NCBI GenBank assembly: GCA_951406725.2
Contig: OX597817.1
Coordinates: 32,922,001-32,986,000, forward strand
DNA from: Octopus vulgaris
Lineage: Eukaryota
Direction: 5' to 3'
Length of the DNA stretch: 64,000 bases
The translations under genes were made by a program, and so were the position numbers. The notes under the pieces were generated by a model. The model ran no database searches and was not told the DNA's origin. It saw nothing but the letters and a program-made list of their open reading frames with translations. Position 1 is the stretch's first letter. Each line of letters begins with the position of its first letter. Shown piece by piece: positions 52,073 to 64,000 of the stretch.

Positions 52073-52326
52073 ATATTTCTTTATTGCCCACAAGGGGCTA
52101 AATATAGAGAGGACAAACAAAGGGATTAAGTCGATTACATCGACCCCAGTGAGAAACTGCTACTTAATTTATCGACCCCAGTGAGAAACTGCTACTTAAT
52201 TTATTGACCCCGAAAGGATGAAAGGCAAAGTTGACCTCGGCGGAATTTGAACTCAGAACGTAACGACAGACGAAATACCGCTAAGCATTCCGCCTGGCGC
52301 GCTAACGTGTCTGCCAGCTCGCCGCC
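52073..52326 (-). mobile_element. Family B SINE with internal 32-bp tandem duplication
   Basis: ATCGACCCCAGTGAGAAACTGCTACTTAATTT x2. Confidence 0.9.
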
Positions 52327-52371
52327 ATATATATATATATATATATACTTTTCTTTACTCCAGTTGTTGCC

Positions 52372-52742
52372 ATCATCATCATCGTTTGTATGTCCACTTT
52401 CCTATGTTTGCATGGGTCAGATAGAATTTATTGAGGCAGATTTTCTGTGGCCTCATGCTCTTACCTATTTCCCCATTGCTGCACATGTTTATATAGAAAA
52501 TTTGAAATGAAAGACACTGCTTATATGGTTATAATACTCATATCTATTACATGATGTCAAGACAAGGAGACACATACAAGCACATGCACACGCACATAAG
52601 AGGCTTTTTTCAGCTTCCTTCTGTTAAATCCACTCAGAAGGCTATAATAGAATACACTTGTCCAAAGTGCACACAGTGGGACCAAACTCAAAACCATCTG
52701 ATTCAGAAGCAGACTTCTTTAATCACACAGCTATGCCTGTAC
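52372..52742 (-). mobile_element. Degenerate family A head with C-type tail
   Basis: CATCATC tail at left, CACACAGCTATGCCT head at right. Confidence 0.7.
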
Positions 52743-52992
52743 CTATTGTCTGCAACGATTTCTTTACCCAAGATGAGATATATAATCTATATTTGTTTAT
52801 ATAGGTTTACATGAAATGAGATGTAATGTGACAACTGTATTGTCAAGTTGTCGGAATATTAATGCACATGTAACATGTTTAAATCCTGTAACAGAATTAC
52901 GTTATGTGTAAGTTGCAATTGAATAAAATTGAATCATATGTCTTTCCTTCCAACATTATCGTTAATATTTGCATTAAAAACTGTAAAATACA

Positions 52993-53903
52993 TGAGGGGA
53001 AGTCAAAAATTATCTGCACTTTCACGATTGTTGTCACATTGCCTTCTACACATATGAGCTTATAGCTAGTACTATTGTGGCCACGTGATTGAAGTTTGAG
53101 CCTCGTTGCGCCATTTTTCTTTCTAGCTTTACAGCGCAAGCTTGGCCATTCCACTAGCAATGTGCACCAAAGAGCAGTGATCTAATTTCTCTGGAAAAGG
53201 GTTGTATGATACAGTGCTTTGCTGGCCAACAAACTGAAGCCAGCAATTCGCACCAAATGCTGAAGCCTATTGTTGAAGAAAGTTTTGTTGTTGCATCACA
53301 CATGGCCACCCAGACCGTTGAAACTATTAACAAATTGGTTTTTGAGGTACTGGAACACTCTGCTTACAGTCTAGATCTCACCCCTTCTGGCTATCAAATC
53401 TGTTTCTTTATTACCCACAAGGGGCTAAACATAGAGGGGACAAACAAAGACAGACAAACGGATTAAGTCGATTATATCGACCCCAGTGCGTAACTGGTAC
53501 TTAATTTATTGACCCTGAAAGGATGAAAGGCAAAGTCGACCTCGGTGGAATATGAACTCAGAACGTAACGACGAGCGAAATACCGCGAAGCACTTTGCCC
53601 GGCATGCTAACATCTTTGCCAGCTCGCCGCCTTCGGACTATCAAATCTTTGGACTGCTCAAAGATGGTTTTCAAGGTCATCGATCTCCGACAAGTGAAGA
53701 TGTGAAGGAAGCAGTGCATAGATGGTTGCATGACTAACTGAAAACCTTCTTCTTGGGGGGAATATACAAGGTTGTGGACCTCTGGACCAAGTGTATTGAA
53801 AAGGAAGGAGACTATATAGAAAAATGATGTACTTGTTTATCCCCTGCTTTTTTGTAAATACATTGGAAAAACAAGAGTGTGTATAGTTTTTGACTCTCCC
53901 TCG
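52993..53903 (+). mobile_element. Internally deleted mariner (DD34D-type) transposon with transposase pseudogene
   Basis: TIRs TGAGGGGAAGTCAAAAATTAT / ATAGTTTTTGACTCTCCCTCG-TA; peptide FEVLEHSAYSLDLTPSDYQIFGLLK..VKEAVHRWL..WTKCIEKEGDYIEK* (YSPDL motif). Confidence 0.92.
53402..53632 (-). mobile_element. Family B SINE inserted in the mariner
   Basis: TSD CTTCTGGCTATCAAATCT / CTTCGGACTATCAAATCT. Confidence 0.92.
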
Positions 53904-54139
53904 TATATTTGAAAAATTAATGTGGATATTTGATTTTTGAAAGTAACTCATACGGTTGCATTGTAAAATGTTGAAAATAAATTAGTTTCTTTTCTTATAA
54001 ATTGTAAACATAATTTTTTTTGTCTTTTAAATTTTCTCATGAGTACTAGGACTCATAAGAATCATTACCTAGTTTCCATGGTGAATAATTGACCGAGATC
54101 AAAACTTTGCCCCTGAATTGGATGCTGGTCTGTTGTAGC

Positions 54140-54562
54140 AATTTTCGTGGGGAAGGGAGAAATCAATTACATTGGCCTTAGTACTTGACTAGTATTTTAT
54201 TTCATTGATCCCGAAAGGGATGAAAAGCAAAACTGACTTTGGCGGAATTTGAACTCAGAACGTTATGAGCTAGAAGAAATGCTGTTAAGCATTTTGTCTG
54301 ATATGCCAATGATTCTGCCAACTTGCCACCTTAAATATTGATTTCAAATTTTGGCACAAGGCCAGTAATTTTGGGATGCAGAGAATAAGTTGATTAGATC
54401 GACCCATGCTCAACAGGTACTTGTTTATATTGATCCTGAAAGGATGAAAGGCAAAGTTGACCTTGGCAGAATTTGAACTTAGAACACAAAGACAGATGAA
54501 ATGCCGCTAAGTATTTTGCCCTGTGTGCTAATGATTCTACCAGTTCACCTTCCTAACCACCT
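54140..54562 (-). mobile_element. Two tandem old family B SINEs
   Basis: GAATTTGAACT(C/T)AGAAC twice with GATGAAA(A/G)GCAAA. Confidence 0.82.
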
Positions 54563-55480
54563 TAAATATTAATTACTCAGAGTTGATTCCAATACATTAC
54601 TGGTAATGATTTCATTCACCTTGGAGAGGAAAGTTAAAACCTAACCATACTAAGGATGCCGAAAAATCCAGTCTTGTATTGTAGTCATTACGCACATGTT
54701 TATTGTAGCAAATATTAAATCTTCAAAAAATACCAAATAATGTTGTGCACTTAGTTGAGCTTTTAGTTTCATTATTAAATCTATGTCTAAATCTCTTTTT
54801 TTTTTCTTCTTAAATATCTACTACGGAAATGTTCAAGCTCTGTTAGTGAGCAAGAAAAAAAAAAAATTTTTTTTCCCCTTCTTGCTGTGTGTACGTATTT
54901 TCTTTTCTCTCCAAACCCCCTTTTAATCTCTCTGCCTTATAAATAGTACTTATTCAGGTAGCTATTTGGTTACGAACTATATACTTAAGTAAAAACCTAC
55001 ATACTGGTGTGATTAATACCTTAAAAACAAAACACAATAAAAAATTTTGTTTTTCTTTTTCCCCTTTTGCTTTTTATTTCTAAATACCTTTGTAGCTCAT
55101 CTCAACTCAGTATCCTTTTTAGACTGACATTTACACATCCAACATGGTTACTTTGTTGTTATAGAGCTCCTGAAGTTTGATAACATTTCTGAAAGTCTAT
55201 TTTGTATGTACACGGTGGCTAGGGTTAGCGATGGGTAATTTTACATATTAGAATAGATACATTGATGTTTGCCCTCGAGCCATTTTTTAAAAATTCTATC
55301 CATGTGAACATTCTAGTATTCTTATTAACTCCATTGCAGCTTGAGCATTGATTTTTTTTTCTAGTCTCAATTTATCTACAAAGAGTACGTAGGTGACTTT
55401 GAACAACCTGTGTAGTAATAGTAGTACAACTAGTGATGGTGGTGATGGTGGGATAATGATAATTAGATGGATATAGCTAT

Positions 55481-55925
55481 CAGGTGCAGGTATGGCTGTG
55501 TGGTTAGAAGCTTATTTCCCAACTGCACCGTTGCTGGTTTGGACCCACTGTATGGCATCTTGGACAAGTGTCTTCTGTTATAGCCCTGGACAGACCAAAA
55601 CTCTTGTGAGAGGATTTGGTAGTTGGAACTGAAAGAAGCCTGTTGTGTGTGTGTGTGTGTGTGCGTGTATGTATGCGTATGTTTGTGTATATGGGTGTGT
55701 ATGTGCTTGTGTCTCTTTGACTTGATATCGCATAATAGTTATGAATGTCACTGTCATTCATTTCCAGTATTCTGTGAGAACATGTCTGGCCATGGGGAAA
55801 TATTACCCTAACTACCTACCTGGAAACAAGTGAGGGTTGGTGATGGCTAGAGCACCCAGCTGTAGAAAATCTGTCACAATAAATCTGAAAGCATGGAAAA
55901 GTGGAAGTTAAAATGATGATGATGA
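55481..55925 (+). mobile_element. Family A head with C-type tail, full length
   Basis: TGGCTGTGTGG head, (TG)n, CCAGCTGTAGAAA, GCATGGAAAAGTGG, (ATG)n. Confidence 0.82.
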
Positions 55926-56880
55926 CATTTCTTAGGACAAAATTTCTTTTCCATTTAAGCTGAATTGTTGACTGATAAGAAGTGAAATAATTTTATTTTA
56001 TCTTCTTCTTCAAACTCACTGTTATTGATTTTTTTTTTTTTTTCTTTTTAAATTGACAAATATTGTTTAGCTCTGTTGCATAGTTAGAACAGGCTTCTGA
56101 TCGTACTTGTTAATTAAATGCTTGCTCCTTACTTCTTCAATAGATGACATTTATTGAGGAAATATTTATTGTTTTTCAGTTTCTGAAATATTTTAGTCTA
56201 ATTGAATTAACATCATGATCTAACCCTTGACATTTTTGATCCTCAAAATTGATGATCAAAGATCTTTCAATCAATAAAATAAAGTTAGGGGAACTCCTAC
56301 CCCTATCTCCCATCTCCACATCTGAAAATTAAGGAGCCTTTGGATGGTCGTTTGATCTGCTAGAAATAGCTGTCAAATCTTCCTTAAATCACACCTCACT
56401 GCTTTGTCATAGAAAAAAAAGCAGGATGATCACAACTGGTATGTCTTTGGCTATAGGCTTGTCTGCTCAGTCATGGTTGAGGGTGAAACTACAATAACAC
56501 CAGGAAAGAAATATAAGATATTTTGTCTAAGATTAGCATATTTAAAGCCTTTTGCTTTAAAATAAATAAATAAATAAATAAATAAATGGCTTAGCTGAAA
56601 ATATTTTGCAGTAAGATTTGTTGGAATTTAAGTTTGGTAAAGTTAGTGCCAGTCTTGCACTTCCCAAATTAATACCAAGAAAATTCTTAGAATATAAACT
56701 AATTACATAGAAATACATGAAAAATGTAATTGAATACTTAATTAAAACCGGATGTCTTTCACATTGTCATAATTTTATATCAATAACTGAGCATTTTATC
56801 CTGCATTCCTTTGCAATTAACTGCTCTACTTGCTTGGTTTTGTGAATATTTGGGTGTTTTATGAATTAAATGTTTTTACG

Positions 56881-57420
56881 AGTGGCATCCGTGCTAGCGG
56901 GGTGCAAAGAGTACCATACGAGTGTGATCATTGACAGAGCGGCTAACTGGCTTCCGTGCCAGTGGCACTTAAAAGACACCATTCGAGTGTGATCATTACC
57001 AGCGTTGCCTTACTGGCACTCGAGCCCCGTGCTTGTAGGGTATTAAGAGCAACATACGAGTGTGATCGTTGCCAGAGCAGCTATCTGGCCTCCGTGCTGG
57101 TGGCTCTTAAAAGATACCGTTCAAGCATGCTCGTTACCAGCATCGCCTTACTGGCACCTGTGCCGGTAGCATGTGTAAAAGATTTGAGCGAGGTCATTGC
57201 TAGTATCGCCTGACTGGCCCCGTGCCAGTGGCATGTAAAAGCACCCACTACACTCTCGGAGTTGTTGGCATTAGGAAGAGCATCCAGCTGTAGAAACTCT
57301 ACCAGATCAAGATTGAAGCCTGGTGCAGCCATCTGGTTCGCCAGTCCTCAGTCAAATCGTCCAACGTATGCTAGCATGGAAAGTGGATGTTAAACGATGA
57401 TGATGATGATGGTGATGATG
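56881..57420 (+). mobile_element. Family C retroposon, long copy (about 6 diverged units)
   Basis: Repeated GTGC(C/T)(A/G)GTGGC..AAAAG..CGAGTGTGATC units, then conserved tail. Confidence 0.85.
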
Positions 57421-57498
57421 TTAATATATGTAATTATTAATGTCCTTTTCATAATGCTTGTGTGTACTTATGTGTGCATGCATGTCCACAAATGTGTA

Positions 57499-57862
57499 TC
57501 TTTTACTTGTTTCAGTCATAAGAATGCAGCCATGAAGGAGCATTGGCTTGAAGGGTTTTGTCAGACAAATCAACTCTGATAATAATTTTTCTAAGCCTGG
57601 TACTTATTTTGTTGGTTTCTTTTTGCTGAACTGCGAAGTTATGGGGACATAAACAAACCAACCTGTTGTCAAACAGTGGTAGAGTACAAACACAAAGACA
57701 CACAGACACATGACAGGTTTCTTTCAGTTTCTGTCTACCAAATCCACTCACAAAGCTTTGGTTGGCTTGGGGCTATAGTAAAAGACACTTTCCCAAGGTT
57801 GGGACTGAACCCAAAACAATGTAGTTGGGAAGCAAACTTCTTATCCACACAACCAAACCTGC

Positions 57863-57864
<2 letters not shown>
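57499..57864 (-). mobile_element. Family A SINE
   Basis: Reverse complement of family A. Confidence 0.82.

Positions 57865-57865
<1 letters not shown>

Positions 57866-57947
<82 letters not shown>
57866..57947. repeat. (TA)n microsatellite (one of many)
   Basis: Direct read; other TA, CA, GA and TAA tracts at about 1877, 2869, 6837, 10635, 19289, 19597, 20991, 29293, 49934. Confidence 0.97.
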
Positions 57948-57953
<6 letters not shown>

Positions 57954-59089
57954 CATTGTTTTAATGTCCATTTTCCATGCTCACATGGAATTTGTTGAGA
58001 CAAGCTTTCTTTAGCCAGATGTCTTTCCAGATGTACATGGTCCAGACCATGCCAACATGGAAAGCAGATGTGACCACTTTTGATACGAACCCATCTGAGA
58101 CTGCCCGTGATGATTCGATAAAAACTTCCTGTTTTAAAAGGATCTACATTAAAACCACTCATCAAAATTTCTTGGTCATATATGTTCCCATTTAATTCTC
58201 ATTATGTTCAAGACTAACAGTGTGTTTCAACAGAAATATAACATAAAATGGTTAAAAGGCAATGATGACATGACTATAAACCTTAGTAGTTTTGTTAAGC
58301 CCTAGATCAGTCATGATTCAGCAGATATATGATCCAAGGTGTTCTGGTTGAAACCACCCTGTTTCTTTTTCAAGATTAGTATTTCTAGAGTTACATTATC
58401 CACTGTACCCTTCTGTTTTTAAGAGTCATGTGATTTGAGGAAAATTTAACTGCAATTTCTCCCAGATCCAATGAACTCACAGAAGACTTTACTTCTGATG
58501 TGTTATACAATCCAGCTATTACTGTCTTATTATTTTATATATCTATGACTTCATTTCCTAATGTATACTTCCTCTTTATGTGGGCAAAATGTGATTTGTA
58601 AGAAATTTGGCTGTTATATCTGTCTGATCCAGTGACCATAGAATTTCCATATAGGTTTGTCTTAGATTGTTACATACATACATACACGTATTTGTAATAT
58701 TCAGTGATTCTCTCAACTCTGCTTCAGAGCTATGCTAAAATAGGTTCCATTGAGGAGGTCTAATAAGAGTGAAACATACCCTTAGGTTGTTTCTCATGCT
58801 TGCTTAAATGATTAAAATAATATTAGTCACTGAGCTAAGGTCTTTTCCTCATTTAAATATTTCTAATTAGATTTTCATGCTCACTACATTATATATGTTA
58901 ATTCTAAGCTTAATTTTCATAGAATGGTCTCTGAATAATTAACCTCAAGGATTTACTATTTGTATCACACACACAAGCATTTTTATGTCTGCATATATTT
59001 ATGTTTAATGGCAATGAAATGTGACTTAGGGAAAACTGTGTTAGATATTTTATTTTATTATTTTTTTATAGCAATATTGCTTAATCGTT

Positions 59090-62000
59090 GAACGCTGCTA
59101 TGCAACGTTGATTTCAGTTCCACACCGTGAGCCATCCTTTTCACGAAATATTTATCTGTCTATCTATCTATCTATCTCTGTCTTATTATATTATAGTCTA
59201 GAAATTTTCTTAATATCAATTTTTATAAGCATTCTTTTGTCATTTTACCACGTTCGTTAGGATTGGCAACATTATGATGCGCGCGAGTGCTCGAGAGACA
59301 CGGGGGCGTAGATGAGTCTTTATACAAACACAAACTAGTGATATTGACATCTATATATAATTATTGCGGGAAAATAAATGATTTTCCTGCAATAAAATGA
59401 ATGCTGGGAGATAAACATAAAGCTATTAAGCAAGTTGAGTCCGGGACGTGAATTCGATACCCACTTTGTGCCAATTCCCTTTATGTCGTTAATATTTTGG
59501 GGGAAAATTAAGCGTAGTATTCCCATTTTTTTCTCTTCCTCTAAAATCATAGGCATTATGTCTGCGTAAGAAATATTTTGTTTTCCCTCTTGTATGGTTT
59601 ACTAATTGGAATGATTACGAAGACACCATGGTATTCAAGTTTTCTGTAGTTCTTCATACCTTTCGTATTAAAAACCGGCAATCTTTCGTCTCTAGTAGAC
59701 CTTTCCGTCGATTTCCGTAAAAAAATTTTTTTTTTTTTACATATGGGCTTGCGGGAACTTTTGAAGTAATGATAGCGAAAGAGACTAAGAGAAAGCGATT
59801 GTATGACGAGGGAAGTTCTTTTGAAGTTACCGTCCAGGGGAAGCATTGATGTACATGTGTGTGTGTGTGTGTTTGATGGGGTGTGGGAGATAGACAGTAT
59901 GTTGTGTAAGTGAAGTGCTTCTGTTAGTGTGTGTGAAGAGGCAGAGAGAGTAATGTGTGAAAGAGAGAGATAACTGAAATTTTTTACTTGGTGTATGTGT
60001 ATATGTATGTATGTATATTACTTCAAAAGTTCCCGCAAGCCCATATGTAAAAAAAAAAAATCTTTTTACGGAAATGTCTACTAGAGATGAAAGATCGCCT
60101 AAAAACCTAGGCGGCGAAAGTAAAGGTGGTTAGAGTTTTTGTTACGCTGAAAACGGGTGGTGTACGTATTCTTTACCTCCGCCACCTAGCCCCCCCGCGT
60201 CACTAATTTCACTGGCGTAATATACCTTGTGTACTTTTGAGAACGGCCTAAGTTCAGTGTAGTGACCGTAATATTTACGTGTTTTTATCCGAACACTTAA
60301 TTGCTTTTGACTTGTCACACTCGTATTTTGTTGATTATAGTCTATGAAATTAATTAGTATGAAGGAAAATTCAACAATAGCAGAATAAACATTTGTTTCT
60401 TACATAGATAGAATACCTCAAATTGTTTTGAGGCAGAATGGTGGCGTGGTGGTGTAGAGAGATAAGTAATTGTGATGTTTGCTTGTGCAGGCTTTAGTTA
60501 CAAAAATAAGCGAAAGATTCTAACTAAACATCCAAAGTAAGATGCCTCTGTTGATTTGTTGTAGTATAGCCCCAGGTAAGCTCTTGTCGAGTTGATTTAT
60601 ATACATTATCCAAGTTGTCCTTTTTTTAAAGACAGTAGGGTGTCTTTTAGGGGAATTTGGCTCTTATTTCTAGGAAGTCGAGTGACCACGTGGAGGTTCC
60701 AAGAATTCGCTATATCACAGCGACTTCCTAAACCTAAGCAGTGATCTCTAAGAATAAGTTCAAAGACCCAAGGTTTAGCGGAAAATGGGATGAAAGTATT
60801 ATACATCGATGTTTTGGAGAAATGAAATATATATATACTTAGGGAAACGAAACCGGAGCACAATAAGGAAATATTAAGGCATCTAAAATTACTGAAACTG
60901 TCTATCGGAGAAAGTATGTCTTGAATGACGATCGCAGTTAATAGAATTTTATTTTACTTAGGAGTCGAGTTGTTTTTTTCTTTTCCTATTAAAATAATTT
61001 TTCCATCTCAAAATTAGTCATTTTATAAAAAAGAAAAAGAAAGTAAACGCATGAACAGAAAAACGCACGCATTTTTCGTAAAATGCTGCACAGCAGAGGT
61101 TGTCCTGCTGCCTTCTAACATCCCTGGGCATCTGTTCTGTATTAGACTCGCCCGGGCTAGTTCATTATCCCAATCTTTATTACCTCTCTTGTAAACACCC
61201 ACCCTAACATCATGCATGCTTCGCTTCTGTTTGACAAGCCTCATACACACAGGCACCACAGACAAACTAGGTACATTTTACAAACCAAAGGAAAACTATT
61301 ATTAATCGCAATTTAGTTTGTTTTTGTGTTCATTTCATTTTTTTAAAACATTTATCGCGGGATATATACTATATATTTATATACACACATTCGTTGTTTT
61401 TACGTACGATTGTTTTTTATTATTCCTTGGGATGGAAGCGAGCACTTCTTCAAAAGGTAATGTATACATCTTCAATCAACAACTACTGATCTTAATTATT
61501 CTTTCACCATTTTAATTAAACTCATTGTAACAATACAAACTTTTTTCTGATTTCTACATATTGTATATTTTTACTACTGCCTGTCATATTTCTATAGATT
61601 ATATTGTTGCCTTCTCTCTCTCTCTCTCTCTCTCTCTTTGACGATTAGTAGTCGTAGCTCGGGGGGAACTGTAACAGCGGAAACATACACACACACAAAG
61701 AGTTCCTCTGTTAATTAATGTTTTCCTATGAAATTTCTTTAGCAAGTAATAAATAACTGCTTTTTTTTTTTTGCTTTTTCAAATCTATTTTACTTGCTAG
61801 ATATTTCACAATATTTAAGATTGATGGCTCACATTTCCGAAGATCTAAATTAAATTATCGTGTAGTCATCTCTATAAGCTCGATGAAAGAAAATAGATAA
61901 AAATATATATATATATATAAAAATAAAAATCCCGAAAGAATTATCAGTAGTCCTTTATAAATAAAAATTACTTTATAAAAATTTGCCGAGTTACAATTTT

Positions 62001-62138
62001 CTTTTTCTTCTCCAGAAATCGTCTCATAAGCATATTTCACCCCTTGATTTACAAGCAGTACCCGATTCTACATTATAAATGTCGGTGATATTTAGCAATA
62101 GCCCGACATTAACGATGATTGATTTCTGTTTTTTTTTT

Positions 62139-62172
<34 letters not shown>

Positions 62173-62600
62173 TCAATATCTTTACGCCCTGTTTGTGATA
62201 GCGTGGCATGTCACTTATCTTTCTTCTCATGTGTTGAGAATGTTTACGTCTGTTCTCATTACGATCTCGCTTCATGCCTCTCTCTTCGGACTTATATATA
62301 TATTACCTTTTGGTAACCTTACGTTAGTACCAGTATTTTAGTAGTTATTCTAATTGGATTCAGTTTTTTTTATTTTTTACGAAACTATTTTCAAAAGAAA
62401 TACACAACATATAAGGGTTGAGTAAAGCTATATCTAATAACTGGATTTTATCTAATTGGATTTTATTTCATAGTTTTAACGACATACATCAATTACTCTA
62501 CATCAATTACCCGTTTCTCTCTCTCCCTTTCTCTTTCTGTTTTGTATGTTTAAGGAGGATGTTTCGATATGCTTTAAGGGAGCACGCATCCCTTTTTTCA
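59090..62600. promoter_or_regulatory. CpG-enriched promoter-like region
   Basis: GCGCGCGAGTGCTCGAG, CCCCCCGCGTCAC and many retained CpGs relative to flanks; donor AAG|GTAATG at 61457. Confidence 0.4.
59677..60099. mobile_element. MITE with about 85-bp TIRs and 8-bp TSD (Merlin-like)
   Basis: 59677-59770 is the inverse of 60017-60099; GG termini; perfect TSD TAAAAACC at 59669-59676 and 60100-60107. Confidence 0.85.
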
Positions 62601-63269
62601 TTCTCTCCTCTTTCACATATCATCCTCTTAGCCCTCTTATCTTGAATTCTTTGCTGATGTTCAGCCTCAAATATAACTGAATCGAGGAAGTTCTATTGAT
62701 AGCATAAAAGCAAAAACAGTCTTGTTACATAGAATGCATGCAGCAAAATGGTGCCTAGATTTTAATTCTTAGACTCCCAGTTTTCTAACACGCTCTTTCT
62801 ACACATAAAACAAATTTACACATACTTTTTGTTTCTTATATTGAATGTTCATTAAGTTTCTAGTTTTTGTTTCATGTCTATAATTTTACATAGTTTTCCT
62901 ATTACTTTGCTGTTAATTTTTTCTTTGCAAAGGCACAAAATGTACAGTTACCAGGGATTTCTTAGCTCTGATATTCTTGCTTTCCAAAGCGCATTTGTAA
63001 CACATGATGATATATATTCGTATCCAAATATTCCCATGTAAATATTGGTGTCATGATCCTTTGACAAGTGCTCTTAACCTATTTCCCGTGATGTTTTGTG
63101 TGTGCGTGTGTCAATACTAGACAGTCCCAGCTTGCACTGGCCAAATCCATTTTGTTGACACGAAGTGTTCGGTAATGAAATTAACACGACTTCACTTTAG
63201 CAAGTACTGATCAGGTTTAAAGAAGTAATGGTTTCTTACATTTAGAAGTCTTACTCGGTGTAATTAAAA

Positions 63270-63512
63270 CTATATATATATATATATATATATAAATATA
63301 TAATAAACTATATATAAATATATAAGGGGGGTATTTGGGGGAGGGACGGGCGGAAGTTTTAGCATATAAATAAACTATATATAAATATATGTATATATAC
63401 TATATATAAATATATGTATATATGCTATATATAAATAAATTATATATAAATATATGTATATAAATATACTATATATAAACATAAACTACATATATATTTA
63501 AACTATATATAA
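63270..63512. repeat. AT-rich degenerate minisatellite (CTATATATAAATATAT units)
   Basis: Direct read. Confidence 0.85.
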
Positions 63513-64000
63513 GCTACACACACACACACACACTCACAAATAAAGGTACAAAGTTTGCGACTAACTTTCCTTTTCTTTACATCACTATTTTCAACTATTC
63601 TGTTTAACCATTGATTGGATTTATTTTACTGTAAATATCAACCGTGCATCTAAAATTAGCGGTACTCCAGTATTTTTTCTTTAAACAGAATTTCAATAAT
63701 CAATTGAAAAAGCCAAGCAAGAAAGGTGCTCGCATGCAAGCATGCACATGTAACAAGCATTCTTCGTTTGTCTCGTTATTACTTTAATAGCAGCATTATT
63801 CTATATACAGGGCCAACTTCTTCTCTATCTCCCTTCCTCCCTACCTGACTTGTTTGGGAATTGTCTGCCTATTTCTCACTAAGGGTTGCATCTGCTACTA
63901 AACTGAAAAGGGAATATCATATAAAACAGGTGACACACAAAGAGTCGGTTTCATTTTTTTACCCCATCATTCTACACACTAACTACCCCCCACCCTTTTT

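Noticed and set aside
56881-57250. CRISPR-like repeat/spacer look of family C units
   Set aside because: Eukaryotic context, no cas genes, spacers are homologous to each other, and the array is part of a dispersed repeat
1-64000. Conserved bilaterian or molluscan microRNAs, rRNA, snRNA
   Set aside because: None recognised by eye; not an exhaustive search, and lineage-specific miRNAs cannot be excluded without small-RNA data

Overview
AT-rich, repeat-dense eukaryotic genomic DNA, almost certainly from an octopus (inferred from SINE/MITE families I recognise as octopod-type, plus abundant (TA)n/(CA)n/(TAA)n/(GA)n microsatellites). There is no intact long gene, and nearly all ORFs in the supplied track are spurious read-throughs of repeats or low-complexity DNA. 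The window holds five SINE-like families (labelled A-E here), decayed LINE 3' ends (Dong/R4, CR1-group, RTE), an internally deleted mariner interrupted by a SINE, TTAA/piggyBac-type, hAT, pogo and Merlin-like MITEs, and two non-autonomous Helitrons. Host-gene evidence is weak and comes from splice signals only: probable last two coding exons of a + strand gene (152-1079), CpG-rich promoter-like islands (about 17.2-19.1, 26.6-27.2 and 59.1-62.6 kb), a candidate minus-strand exon (10737-10904) and a recursive-splice-like AG|GTAAGT site (25449). I found no convincing new multi-gene system. The best leads concern splicing and transposon architecture. Boundaries of degenerate repeats are approximate, and family names come from memory, not database searches.
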